Assembly (NCBI GenBank): GCA_964016885.1
Contig: OZ024752.1
Location: 31,992,001-32,056,000, forward strand
Direction: 5' to 3'
Source: Eledone cirrhosa
Lineage: Eukaryota
DNA: 64,000 bases
Shown here: piece by piece, positions 1-12,900 of the stretch
Position numbering within the stretch: position 1 is the stretch's first letter
Layout of the letters: each line of letters starts with the position of its first letter
The notes under the pieces: model-generated
What the model saw: the letters and a program-made list of their open reading frames with translations, nothing else
The model's database searches: none
Told to the model about the DNA's origin: nothing
Program-made: the position numbers and the translations under genes

Positions 1-54
1 GAGTGTGCGTAGCCAGTCGCGTTTGTTTGATTTTCCCCTTGTACTATTTATCTA

Positions 55-240
55 TGGTTTGGCAATATCGGTAGAGCGTCAGACACCATGCTTTGCAGCA
101 TAGAGTTATGGCCCTTTGTGTTCTGAGTTAAAATCCGCCGACGTTAACTTTGCCTTTCATCCTTACGGGGTCGATAAAATAAAGTACCAGTAATGCACTG
201 GGATAATCGCTGGCCTTGTGCCAAAAGTAGAAACACTATT
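55..240 (+). mobile_element. tRNA-derived SINE, family A
   Basis: A-box-like tggcaatatcggtagagcg, B-box-like gagttaaaatccgcc, core gcctttcatccttacggggtcgataaaataaagtaccag, tail gctggccttgtgccaaaagtagaaac; many copies in the window. Confidence 0.85.
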
Positions 241-751
241 TATCGCTCACTTCAATATATAAACTCAATATCTTCACACTATAACTATACGCAATATGTT
301 TACTGAATATATTTACTCTCCTACGTTACTTTAATTACTACTCCAAGTCAACTCGTAACTGTGCAGCAAATCATTTCTCAAGCTAGTCATGCTAATGGAA
401 GTAAATCTATTCCACATGTCACCACAATAAATGAAGCTTATCTTTCTGCATCCTTGTTTTACTTTCGCCCTCTCGTCATACGATATAAAGCGTGACGTCT
501 GACACCAGACAAACAAACCAACCATTCCATTGCCATAGACATATACATATGTGCGCGTGTGTGTGTGTGGTGGTGGTGGGGGGGTCAGAGAGACTTACTT
601 GCTATATTTATGTGGTTCATTAAATTTCAAATCACGCGAGGTTAAATTGTTCGTTGCTATCGTCTATTTATTTCTACAATTTAAAAAAAATCACCATACA
701 CTCAGACACACGCGCACACACACACATACTTAGACACACGCACATACATAC

Positions 752-814
<63 letters not shown>

Positions 815-1073
815 ATGCTTCCAATGTTTCTTTATCTTCTTTATGTTTATTTTGCCTCGAGCTGGCCTTCCTTTTTTAATTTTATTTCATTTCTTTTTCT
901 TTTTATTCAAATATTCACTTATCTCTGTATATACTGTTTGTTGTCGTTGTTGTTGTTGTTTTATGGGCGAGTTCTCAACTGTGATAATTATTAGATACTT
1001 CCCCCATGTTGTCATAGCTTACTAGCTCTATACTGATGTTTAAATTGATTAGGTAAATAAAAATAAAGAAATA

Positions 1074-1120
<47 letters not shown>

Positions 1121-1126
<6 letters not shown>

Positions 1127-1676
1127 AATGAATAATAACAGGTAGACATCATAATAAGGTAATTTATTCCGTGTGCTTACAAATGTTTCCACGGTGGTAC
1201 TACAGCCTAGTTATGCTATGTGCAAATTTACAACTATTTGCAGAACTCAAATATCCAATGCCGTGACCACTGTTTCCTCAGAGCAGAATCTGCTCTGAGG
1301 AAACAGTGGTCACAGCATTGGATATTTGATGCTCTGAGGAAACAGTGGTCACAGCATTGGATATTTGATGCTCTGAGGAAACAGTGGTCACAGCATTGGA
1401 TATTTGAGTTCTGCAAATAGTTGTAAATTTGCACATAGCATAACTAGGCTGTAGTACCACCGTGGAAACATTTGTAAGCACACGGAATAAATTACCTTTT
1501 TATGATGTCTACCTGTTATTATTCATTCTTTATATACACTCCGGAATACAGAAGGATCAGGAACTAAGTTTCTTCAACAATTCTTCCATAACTCGTAGAG
1601 TAACCTCTTACCGTACGTCAACCATATCCAGTGTAGTAATTAACCATTACTACATCTTGGATAATCCTATACCTAA
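1121..1676 (+). mobile_element. Fold-back Penelope-like (PLE) terminal fragment with hammerhead
   Basis: Inverted arms 1121-1287 and 1289-1535 (apex 1288); the right arm has a 39-bp triplication and a tail to ~1676; flanked by (TA)n. Confidence 0.75.
1369..1480 (+). ncRNA. Type I hammerhead ribozyme motif with long stem II (mirror copy 1174-1285, minus)
   Basis: tgct-CTGAGGA-acagtggtcacagc...gctgtagtaccaccgtg-GAAAC-attt-GTA-agca; stem I tgct/agca; AATAAA at 1486. Confidence 0.65.
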
Positions 1677-1724
1677 TATATATATATATATATATATATG
1701 TATCTGTATATATATATATAAGTT

Positions 1725-1914
1725 TCAGGACCCCCGACGGCTGAGCTCCGACTGTTTCGACAGCTAGATCTAGTTCGGATCTAGCTTTCGAAATAGCCGG
1801 AGCTCAGCCGTCGGGGTCCTGACACTTTTCATATTACCCGCTCAACTACCCTAAGTATCGAGTACTCTGGTGCGTTTTTGGTCCACCTGGTACCTTACCA
1901 CTCCTTCTTTGTTT
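1725..1914 (+). mobile_element. Fold-back element, family 'gaccccgac'
   Basis: Hairpin 1725-1822 plus ~90-bp tail between (TA)n tracts; homologues at 5436, 12045, 17568, 21922, 42774, 46497. Confidence 0.75.
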
Positions 1915-2211
1915 ATATATATATATATATATATATATAACACATATATTTATATATATGTATGTGTGAGTATATATATATATATACTCACACACACATA
2001 AGAATCCAGCTTCTATAACACTCCACAGAAACGAAGAGGTATGTAGTCTTGGTAACCACTTACAAGTGAGAAACGGTGACCATCGATTACTCCGCATTGC
2101 TTTTGCCGAGACTAGGTAGGTGGCGTTAGTGTCTACTTTAAAATTCATAGCGAAAAGCCTTCAAAATGTTTTTAAATAAACGTACACTATATTATTAAAT
2201 ATACTATATTT

Positions 2212-2337
2212 ACAGTCTGAGTTCAAATCCCGCCGAGGTTAACTTTGCCTTTCATCCTTACGGGGGTCGATAAAATAAAGTACCAGTAATACACTCGGAT
2301 AATTGCTGGCCTTGTGCCTAAAGTAGAAACAATTATT
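2212..2337 (+). mobile_element. SINE family A, 5'-truncated, with TSD
   Basis: Begins at the B box; attattaaatatactatat duplicated at 2191 and 2332. Confidence 0.85.
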
Positions 2338-2390
2338 AAATATACTATATGTATATTCACACACAGGCGCAAACACATATATATATGTAT

Positions 2391-2570
2391 TGGATTTGGC
2401 AGTATCGGTAGAGGGTCGGACGCCATCCTTTGACTCAAAGAGTTATGGCCCTTTCCATTCTGAGTTCAAATCCCGCCCAGGTTAACTTTGTCTTTCATCC
2501 TTACGAGGTCGATGAAATAAAGTACCAGTAATGTACTGGGTAATTGCTGGCCTTGTAGAAACAATTATTA
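2391..2570 (+). mobile_element. SINE family A
   Basis: Head, core and tail match the other copies. Confidence 0.85.
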
Positions 2571-2965
2571 TGTAATTGCTGCCAAAAGTAGAAACAATTA
2601 TTATGAATAGAAAGTGTTTTCACGTAATGGGTGAGCCTTGTTACTCTGGAGTTTCACCTGCACACTTGTATGACCATCAGGCAGTCTGTTCTGAGGATCA
2701 TGCGAGTGCGCAGGTGATACTCCAGAGTAACAAATCTCATTTAGCCAGAATAAACGGTGTTTTAAACTCCACTTCGGTGCAGAAGAACGTGTACTTTTTT
2801 CCTGCCGGCAGCATATCACAAATTCGAATTTCATCTGAGGATACCGTTCTCATAACAACAACAAATGCATGAATTACATCTTGATTGCATGGGAGAACCG
2901 TTGAAATAATTATAATGAATAAACGGTTTTTGTAACATCAGCATCTTTATTAGTGTTATTCTTAT

Positions 2966-3353
2966 GTGGATTGGCAGTATCGGTAGGCAGTCAGACGCTA
3001 TGCTTTGAAGGATAGAGTTACGCCCCTTTACGGTATGAGTTCAAATCCCGCCGAGGTTAACTTTGCCTTTCATCCTTACGGGGTCGATAAAACAAAGTAC
3101 CAGTAATGCACTGGGTATTTACTGGCCTTGTGCCAAAAGTAGAAACAATTATTTTATATGTGCGGTAGATTGGCAGTATTGTTAGAGGGTCGGACGCCAT
3201 GCTTTGCAGCATGGAGTTACGGGCATTTACGATCTGAGTTCAAATCCCGCCGAGGTTTACTTTGCCTTTCATCCTTACGGCATCGATAAAATAAAGTACC
3301 AGTAATGCACTGGGATAATTGCTGGCCTTGTGCCAAAAGTACAAACAATTATT
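2966..3353 (+). mobile_element. Two tandem SINE family A copies (2966-3152, 3160-3353)
   Basis: Two consecutive full-length matches. Confidence 0.85.
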
Positions 3354-3389
3354 GATAGACACTGTTCCCTCGAAACAAAGAAGGACCAT

Positions 3390-3500
3390 CGACCATCAAC
3401 TGCATTCACCGATTGTCAACTGCATTCACCGATTGTCAACTGCATTCACCGATTATCAACTGCATTCACCGATTATCAACTGCATTCACCGATTATCAAC
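3390..3500. repeat. 21-bp tandem repeat (caactgcattcaccgatt[g/a]t), about 5 copies
   Basis: Direct reading. Confidence 0.9.
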
Positions 3501-3676
3501 CAACATACTTGCAATTGTAAAAACAAATTTTGTTATATTCTTAAAAACAACGCCATGGCAAATCAACTTGAATTGTAAAAATATAAATTATTTAAGATAT
3601 TTCTCATACGAATTCATATACAAATGAGAAAACTCATAGCTAAAAGAGCCGTTAAAACAACTAAATGCTGTCAGAT

Positions 3677-3772
3677 GCCAGAGACCAAAGGCCAGAGACA
3701 AGAGGCCAGAGACCAGAGGCCAGAGACAAGAGGCCAGAGACTAGAGGCCAGAGACTACAGACTAGAGGCCAG
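3677..3772. repeat. 7/14-bp degenerate tandem repeat (ccagagaccagagg)
   Basis: Direct reading. Confidence 0.8.
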
Positions 3773-4099
3773 TGGTCAACATAGAGACAATCCACAAGGT
3801 AGGTGACTATCTATATAACATATATCTGGACCACAACATAATCAATCGAAACTTAAGATATTTTAAAACGCAATATCTAAGTAAATAGTGATGCAGAGAA
3901 TATATTTGTATCGATTTTTTTTTTGTTTTTTTTATCTAAAGCTAATTTACAACTATCGATCTTACCTTCTTTGCTGTCTTATCAACCAAGTGAATTGGTA
4001 CACGGAAGTGAGTTCCCTTATTCATGATGAATAGATAGAAATTCGCCGAGAGTACTTACCTATAAAAAGAGAGAAATCAGGAATGAGAAATTGTCTGTA

Positions 4100-4518
<419 letters not shown>

Positions 4519-5401
4519 GCAAAACATAAACAGGAATAACAACACAATCGGTACACTATATAGAAGGAATATATTAGGTTAACACTTGAAATAGCAGGAA
4601 GAGGGTTTTAACGTTTCGGACGCTAGTCCTTCAGAAGAAGAAAGAATAAGAAGTAACATAGATTGAAGGGACGGGCATATATATATATTTATCATCAGCT
4701 GTCGATGCAGAGTCGGGGCCAGTTCATCATGATCGCATCTTCAACTGATCGATATCGAAAACAATTGTCAAATGTGAATAAAGTTTATATATATTATGCA
4801 ACCGTCAGACTTTATTCCTGCTGACCTACACACACACACACACACCCATATATGTATACGTTTGTGTGTATGTGTATATATATATATATACACACAAACA
4901 TATATATATATATACATAGAAAAGAGTATATATATACATAGAAAAGCGTGTATATATATATATATAAATACAAAAGCGTATATATATATATATATATATA
5001 CATATATATATAAATACAAAAGCGTATATATATATACATATATGAATACAAAAGCGTATATATATATATATATATATATACATACATATATAAATAAATA
5101 CAAAAGCGTATATATATATATATATATATATACATATATATATAAATACAAAAGCGTATATATATATATACATATATAAATAAATACAAAAGCGTATATA
5201 TATATATATACATATATATATAAATACAAAAGCGTATATATATATATATATATATACATATATATATAAATACAAAAGCGTATATATATACATACATATA
5301 TAAATACAAAAGCGTATATATATATATATATATATATACATACATATATAAATACAAAAGCGTGTATATATATATATACATACATATATAAATACAAAAG
5401 C

Positions 5402-5435
<34 letters not shown>

Positions 5436-5437
<2 letters not shown>

Positions 5438-5631
5438 CGAGGGAAATGTGGTAAGGAACCAGGTGGACCATAACGCACCAAAGTACTCAATACTTGAGGT
5501 AGTAGAGTGGGTAATAGGAACCAGTAAGACCCCGACAGCTGAGCTCAAGCCGTTTCGACGGCTAATTCTGGTCCAGAATTAGCCGTCGAAACGGCTTGAG
5601 CTCAGCTGTCGGGGTCTTACTGGTTCCTATA
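5436..5631 (-). mobile_element. Fold-back element, family 'gaccccgac'
   Basis: Perfect palindrome 5515-5629 (apex 5572); the long arm extends left to 5436. Confidence 0.85.
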
Positions 5632-5634
5632 TAT

Positions 5635-5790
5635 ATGGTGGCTGCCAACTCGTTTTCGAGTACGGCCACTACTTTATATCCATGTAGGAGAACCCCTACC
5701 GATGCGCTAAACAAGTGTGACTTTTTAGTCCAGCCAGCGACTTGAAAACTCTGGTACAAACACTACACTTGTGACAATTATTGACACATA
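5635..5790 (-). mobile_element. 5'-truncated copy of the bipartite RTE-dependent non-autonomous element, with ~28-bp TSD
   Basis: Reverse complement of ~36328-36485; gtcggggtcttactggttcctatatat duplicated at 5608 and 5791. Confidence 0.85.
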
Positions 5791-5860
5791 GTCGGGGTCT
5801 TACTGGTTCCTATATATATATATATATATATACATACATACTTACATAAATACAAAAGCG

Positions 5861-5891
<31 letters not shown>

Positions 5892-5991
5892 ATACAAAAG
5901 TGTATATATATATATAGATATATACATATACATACATATATAAATACAAAAGTGTATATATATATATACATACATATATAAATACAAAAGC

Positions 5992-6034
<43 letters not shown>

Positions 6035-6470
6035 CATACATATATAAATACAAAAGCGTATATATATATATATATATACATACATATATAAATACAAAAG
6101 CGTATATATATATATATATACATATATAAATACAAAAGCGTATATATATATATATACATATATAAATACAAAAGCGTATATATATATATATATATACATA
6201 TATAAATACAAAAGCGTATATATATATACATATATAAATACAAAAGCGTATATATATATATATATACATATATAAATACAAAAGCATATATATATATATA
6301 CATACATAAATACAAAAGCATATATATATATACATATATAAATACAAAAGTATATATATATATACATATATAAATACAAAAGTATATATATATATATATA
6401 TATACATATATAAATACAAAAGTGTATATATATATATGTATATATATATACATATATAAATACAAAAGCG

Positions 6471-6504
<34 letters not shown>

Positions 6505-6639
6505 TAAATACAAAAGCGTATATATATATATATATATATATACATATATAAATACAAAAGCGTATATATATATATATATATACATATATAAATATAAAAG
6601 CATATATATATATATATATACATATATAAATACAAAAGC

Positions 6640-6670
<31 letters not shown>

Positions 6671-7318
6671 AATACAAAAGCGTATATATATATACATATA
6701 TAAATACAAAACTATATATATATATATACATATATGTTTGCTTGCTCCTTTGTCTATCGATGTTTCTATTAATCTTCCGACGTCTCCATTTCCCAAAATT
6801 TGTACAACTCAAGTGTATAAACTTCCCTTCACTCTTCACTCAGGAGGACATCTGCCATCAGACGATAAGAAATCAATATAAAATTCCATGTCATCAAACG
6901 GCATGTGTCCTGTCGCAGAATATTCCTCACGACCCCCCAGTCTATGGTAAGTGCAAGAATAATTGCAAATACTTTGTCCTTAATACAAGTAATTTCCGTC
7001 GATATTTGAGCTTGTTTGACAGTGAATTGATTTCCTACTTGAAGTCTTTTATATCAATGAAATTAATCATGATTCTATTTGCTAATTAATATCGCTTTTC
7101 CCCATCCATACTTTTCCATCTATTCCTCACCATTCGAATCTCTCTCTTGCTCTGCCGCTCCGCGTCTCTCATTCATATGCAAACAAACACTCGCTCCGTT
7201 GTGAACCCATACACCTTTATATGTCTGTGTATGTATGTGTCTGTGTGCATGTGTGTGTGTGTCTGTCTGTCTGTCTGTGAATGCGAATGTATATGTAGTT
7301 GCTTGTGTGTGCATGTAA

Positions 7319-7407
<89 letters not shown>

Positions 7408-7441
7408 TCTCTCTGCATTTCTATGTGTGAGTGTGACCGTA

Positions 7442-7585
<144 letters not shown>

Positions 7586-7888
7586 CGCGCGCGCTACTTT
7601 CAGTATTTCACCTATGTCTGTCTCTATACCGCTACAAGCCACACAGAGAGAGACACTCATACAACGATGACATAACACTACCGTCCTCTTTCATCATTTC
7701 CCAGATATTATTGTGCAATTATCACAACCGTCCCTACTTAAATAACTTTAAAACAGCTGTCTCTGCTATAATGGACGTATATTAACGCCTACCAACACTA
7801 GTATTCCCCCAGAACGCCACAGAACACCACATTACATAACATCATACATATCCAACAATACACAGTGGAATAGGAATTATGCGCCGAT

Positions 7889-8641
7889 TACGAGAGTCGG
7901 ATGAAAGGTTCGTACGCTAACCAAGAAGAGTAGTAATTAATTGTTTCTACTTTTGGCACAAGGCCAGCAATTACCCAGTACATTACTGGTACTTTATTTT
8001 ATCGACCCCGTAAGGATGAAAGGTAAAGTTAACCTCGGCGGGATTTGAACTCAGATCATAATGGGATGTAACTACGCTGGAAAGCATGCCTGACCCTCTA
8101 CCGATACTGCCAATTCACCGCCCTGAAGAAGAGTAGAAGTTAATGCTGGCTAGATTTCACAGCTCTAGCATCACTCCTTCATAGGCTGACCAAGATACAC
8201 TCATGGAATGGCCAAACAAAGTTTATTTTTCAACATAGTCCATGGAAGGAAACAATGCAGTTATTAATAAGAAGAGTTGAAATTAATGCAGGCTAGATCA
8301 CACAGCTCTAGCATCACTCCTTCATAGGCTGACCAAGATACACTCATGGAATGACCAAACAAAGTTTATTTTTCAACATAGTCCATGGAAGGAAACAATG
8401 CAGTTATTAATAAGAAGAGTTGAAATTAATGCAGGCTAGATCACACAGCTCTAGCATCACTCCTTCATAGGCTAACCAAGATACACTCATGGAATGACCA
8501 AACAAAGTTTATTTTACAACATAGTCCATGGAAGGAAACGATTCAGTTAATAAGAAGAGTTAAAGTTAACGCATGCAAGATTTCACAGCTCTAGCACCAC
8601 TTCTTCATAAAAACCTATGAACTTTTCAGCCCAGCCACGTA
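7889..8641. mobile_element. Mariner-like MITE with internal 143-bp tandem units
   Basis: Imperfect TIRs TAcgagagtcggatgaaaggttc ... gaacttttcagcccagccacgTA; units recur at 8161, 8304, 8447. Confidence 0.7.
7934..8124 (-). mobile_element. SINE family A nested in the MITE
   Basis: Full copy; TSD aagaagagtag at 7923 and 8127. Confidence 0.85.
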
Positions 8642-9003
8642 GATAGGTCGGGAGATTTACACAGCCGACCACAGGTGAAATTTTATGTAACGATTGCTTA
8701 TTTTGTTCACGTGAACTTTATGTATATACATAACTCACACACAGGTAGGTAGGAAGGAAGGTCGGTAGATAGGGGTGTGTGTGTGAGTGTGAGTGTGAGT
8801 GTGTGTGTGTGTGAATATTCATATATATATATATATATATGCGTGCATACTAGCATAATATTTTCAATAATCAATATCCCACTGTTTTCTCGCCACTCTA
8901 AATATCAATGAATGTTTTATATTTAACCGCTTTCTTATTTTCTATCAATATATCAATTTCCATTTATGCATTTATTTGCCTTCTCTAGAATACAAATGTG
9001 TGT

Positions 9004-9047
<44 letters not shown>

Positions 9048-9067
9048 TATTATTATTCATTCTTTTA

Positions 9068-9103
<36 letters not shown>

Positions 9104-9140
9104 ATGCTTTGGGAAATTCAGAAACAAATTCAGATACGAA

Positions 9141-9173
<33 letters not shown>

Positions 9174-9465
9174 TATATTATTCTTCATTATTTTACTATA
9201 TATGTATATATATATTGCCAATTTCGTAGATGATACTAAAACCTATCAATAGAAACTTTAAATGTGTAATGTAGGAGATAATATCCCATTGAGTGCTTTC
9301 TTCTCTACAGTCTCGGAAACCAAACCGAAAATCCATTCATTTCATTTATGAGTCACAAGATATCTCAAGGAAAATATTCTGATCGCCAACCAAGTGTGTG
9401 TCTCTGCACGACTTATTTTAACGTCGAAATAATTAGATTTATGTTGTCAGTTATATAACACACAC

Positions 9466-9525
<60 letters not shown>

Positions 9526-9528
<3 letters not shown>

Positions 9529-9669
9529 GGCGCATGGCTTAGTGGTTAAAGCATTGGGCTTGCAATCGAAATGTTATGAGTTCAATTCTCGAACCGGGTG
9601 ATGTGTTGTTTCCTTGAGCAAGACACTTTATTTCACGTTGCTCCAGTTTACTCAGCTGTAGAAATGAGT
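9526..9669 (+). mobile_element. tRNA-derived CORE-like SINE, family B (head and core only)
   Basis: ggcgcatggcttagtggttaaagc A box, gagttcaattc B box, core tccttgagcaagacactttatttcacgttgctccagtttactcagctgtagaaatgag resembling the MIR/CORE domain. Confidence 0.8.
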
Positions 9670-9691
9670 ATAATATATATATATATATATT

Positions 9692-9855
9692 AGTAAAAAG
9701 GAAAAGAAAATGCTGACAAATTTTTCCCAGTGAAAAATAGTTTAATTAGGAATAAGTATTGGTTAGTATTCAGTTTTAGTTTTAGGTTTTTGCCGGTTGC
9801 GCATTTCTAATGCTTTTCAAATATAATTTTTAGATAGAGCGCTCGTGATGTTTGC
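9692..9855 (-). mobile_element. PLE-like terminal fragment with variant hammerhead-like motif
   Basis: Minus strand TTGAAAA-gcat-tagaa-atgc-GCAAC-cgg; second copy at 14357-14535. Confidence 0.5.
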
Positions 9856-9898
9856 TCTCTCTCTCTCTCTCATAGAGAGAGAGAGAGAGAGAGAGAGA

Positions 9899-10121
9899 GA
9901 AGGCGCATGGTTTAGTGGTTAGAGTATTGGGCTTGCAATCGAAAGTTTGTGAGTTCGGTTCTCGGACTGGGTGATGTGTTGTGTCCTTGAGCAAGACACT
10001 TTATTTCACGTTGCTCCAGTTTACTCAGCTGTAGAAATGAGTACCGGCCTGCTCGCCCAGCACGACGTGCTGTGACCAGCGGCGGCGATTGGCGCCCGAC
10101 AGACTGGTCGGTTAAGATGAT
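9899..10121 (+). mobile_element. SINE family B with GC-rich tail
   Basis: Head and core plus tail gtgctgtgaccagcggcg...cgacagactggtcgg shared with 23785-24041. Confidence 0.8.
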
Positions 10122-10134
10122 ATATATATATATA

Positions 10135-10321
10135 TATTGTTATACTTTGGGAGGGTCATGTTGCCAATAAGAAACACACGCACCAGTTGCTTTCACTTCA
10201 ATTTAATTTAATATATATTTATAAATTTCTGGTTGGTTGGTTGGTTCCACAACCAGATAGTTGTTTATATATATATAGTCATAGTTCTTTCGTCACACAC
10301 TCTGTGACCTCTTCAGTGACT
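10135..10321 (-). mobile_element. PLE-like terminal fragment: hammerhead (10277-10321) followed by family 'ccctcccaaag' tail
   Basis: Same arrangement at 42477-42716; the tail also occurs at 11385-11630, 24190-24290, 35535-35590. Confidence 0.65.
10277..10321 (-). ncRNA. Minimal type I hammerhead ribozyme motif
   Basis: agtca-CTGAAGA-g-gtcaca-gagtg-tgtgac-GAAA-gaac-TA-tgact: 5-bp stem I, 6-bp stem II. Confidence 0.75.
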
Positions 10322-10445
10322 GGGGATTTCTTTCTTCGTTTCTGTGCTTTTCCTTTCTTCTATCCTACGCCATTTTGTTTGTGTGTGGGTTGCGTGCTCA
10401 GTTTGCGCATGCGCCACATCCGGGTGTCTGTGTGTGTTTGTGTTC

Positions 10446-10489
<44 letters not shown>

Positions 10490-10689
10490 ATGTCTATAGT
10501 TGAAAAGAAATTTAAATAAGTGAAAACTTTCTGTAACAGTAACTCTTATGATCATGACCAAAAATTCGATCTTCTTTTACGAGGCGTGAAAACGATAAAA
10601 ATAAGTAAATCTCGTCTGTAAAAATATTTTCATAGCAATATAGGAGAATTGTTTCAACTAACTGCATTAGTTTTAGTTTTATCACCAGT

Positions 10690-10912
10690 AACACAGGTCC
10701 TGCTGCACGTCGAGCTGAGGAGGCCAAACTCTCCAAGTTCCGGTCGCTGTCCGACAGGTTGGCGGTCGGGTCCTTAGCAGTGGATACTTCTGGTGTCCTT
10801 GGCCCCCAGAGCTACCTCCCTACACACCACCATAGGCGCTGAGCTGGCCAGCCGCAGGTGGGACCCTCGCGAGCTGGAATGGCTCTTCTAGCGTATCTCT
10901 TTTACCATCCTG
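10690..10912 (+). pseudogene. C-terminal restriction-like endonuclease fragment of a CRE-type non-LTR retrotransposon
   Basis: Translates as GPAARRAEEAKLSKFRSLSDR..LAVDTSGVLGP, then after a frameshift IGAELASRRWDPRELEWLF*RISFTI, matching the CRE pattern KxxKY..AVETxGxxG..GDPR..FLFQRISxAI. Confidence 0.7.
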
Positions 10913-11343
10913 CCTTCTCCATTCTGTGGGGAGGCCAGCACGTGGGACCCCATTTGCTCACCATACAGAGAGATGGGGGAGAGCGAGAGATACGGAGGCG
11001 ATGACAGTGGGGAGTTCGGCTCTTCCACGTGCGGAAGTTGTGTTCATATTTCTTTTCCTACCAGTAAAACTATCTTCTCTAAGAAGCAAAGCTAAATGGT
11101 CAAGATGGACGTTTAGCAACGATATGGTTCCAGGTTGGATCACACAGCGTGGCATCTTGGGTAAATGACTACCATAGTTTACAGTGGAAGAAAGCCTTGA
11201 CAAAATTCAAATTTGGTAAACGGAAACAGTATGGAAGCCCATCCGATAGATTATGTTTGTAATTCAAAGTGGACCCTAGTTTCAAAATGACGAAAATTGA
11301 ACACAAGGTAATCATCATTTCGTTCTCTTCTACATCTCCATTT

Positions 11344-11379
<36 letters not shown>

Positions 11380-11384
11380 TTATA

Positions 11385-11630
11385 TTTCGTTTCTGAATTT
11401 GTTTAGCAAGATTCTTTATCTGAAAACGTGTGTTGAAACCGATATTGTTATACTTTGGGAGGGTCATGTTGCCAATAAGAAACACACGCAACCAGTTGCT
11501 TTCACTTCAATTTATTATAATAAATTTATAAATTCCTAAATTTATAAATTTATTATAATAAATTGAAGTGAAAGCAACTGGTGCGTGTGTTTCTTATTGG
11601 TAACATGACCCTCCCAAAGTATAACAATAT
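11385..11630 (-). mobile_element. Fold-back element, family 'ccctcccaaag'
   Basis: Inverted arms 11442-11534 and 11539-11630; the long arm extends left; (TA)n on both sides. Confidence 0.8.
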
Positions 11631-11912
11631 ATATATATATATATTAGAAGCCCTGAAGAGTACCTTATTGAGTACCTTGAAGACTACTTATGAGAGCCTT
11701 ACTTACTGTGGTTACACCCGATCGAACCCGGGATAAACATACATATACCGTATATATATATCGTTCTGTTTTACATCACAATTTATATATATATATATAT
11801 ATATATCGTTCTGTTGTACATCACAATTTATATATATATATATATAATTGGTGATGTACAACAGAACGATATATATATGTATATATCGTTCTGTTGTACA
11901 TCACCAATAAGA

Positions 11913-11957
<45 letters not shown>

Positions 11958-12006
11958 TCCTTAATATCTATTTTGATCCCTAAAGCTATCTTTGTTATTG
12001 TATTAA

Positions 12007-12038
<32 letters not shown>

Positions 12039-12044
12039 ATATAT

Positions 12045-12323
<279 letters not shown>

Positions 12324-12862
12324 TTACTTACAGCACTTCGCAGATATATATATTTAGATACAGATATCTGCCAATGGAAAAATTAATTTTCTGGTCACCT
12401 CAGATGTCCGCAAGCTAACAGACAAATTAAATTTATTACGTCAGTAATTCCTGATCCACAGCCGTATCTTTAGTCTCAGAATACACTTTGATAGACTCAT
12501 TAGTAAACCTAACTAATCATTTTTAATCCAATACTAATATGTAATGCTTTTTTCTGGTTATTAATATGCGACGGATATTAGACTTAAATCTTAATATTCA
12601 ACCTCAAGACATGAATTTCTGTCTATTGTCGTACAACTTCCTTTGATCTATATATATATATCTATATCGAGAGAGACATACAAATATACATACGCTCGCG
12701 TACATATGTGTGTGTGTGGTGTGTGGTGTGTGTGTGTATATATATATATATATCGAGAGATACATACAGACATACGTATGTACGTGCGTGCGTGCGTGTG
12801 TGCGTATACTGGGGAAGGTTCCAATATTAACACAACGTATGCTATAGCAGAGTATGTATGTG

Positions 12863-12900
<38 letters not shown>

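Larger units (their letters stand above)
4940..6735. repeat. Compound minisatellite [aaatacaaaagcg(TA)n catata]n, split by insertions at 5436-5818
   Basis: Fixed anchor aaatacaaaagcg separated by variable-length (TA)n. Confidence 0.9.

Noticed and set aside
4605-4640. Hammerhead-like motifs at 4608-4635 and 22788-22820 (minus)
   Set aside because: Probably decayed copies; cores are incomplete, so they were not called as ribozymes
9526-9600. tRNA genes at SINE heads
   Set aside because: A and B boxes are present, but the acceptor stem is not intact and each is fused to a SINE core
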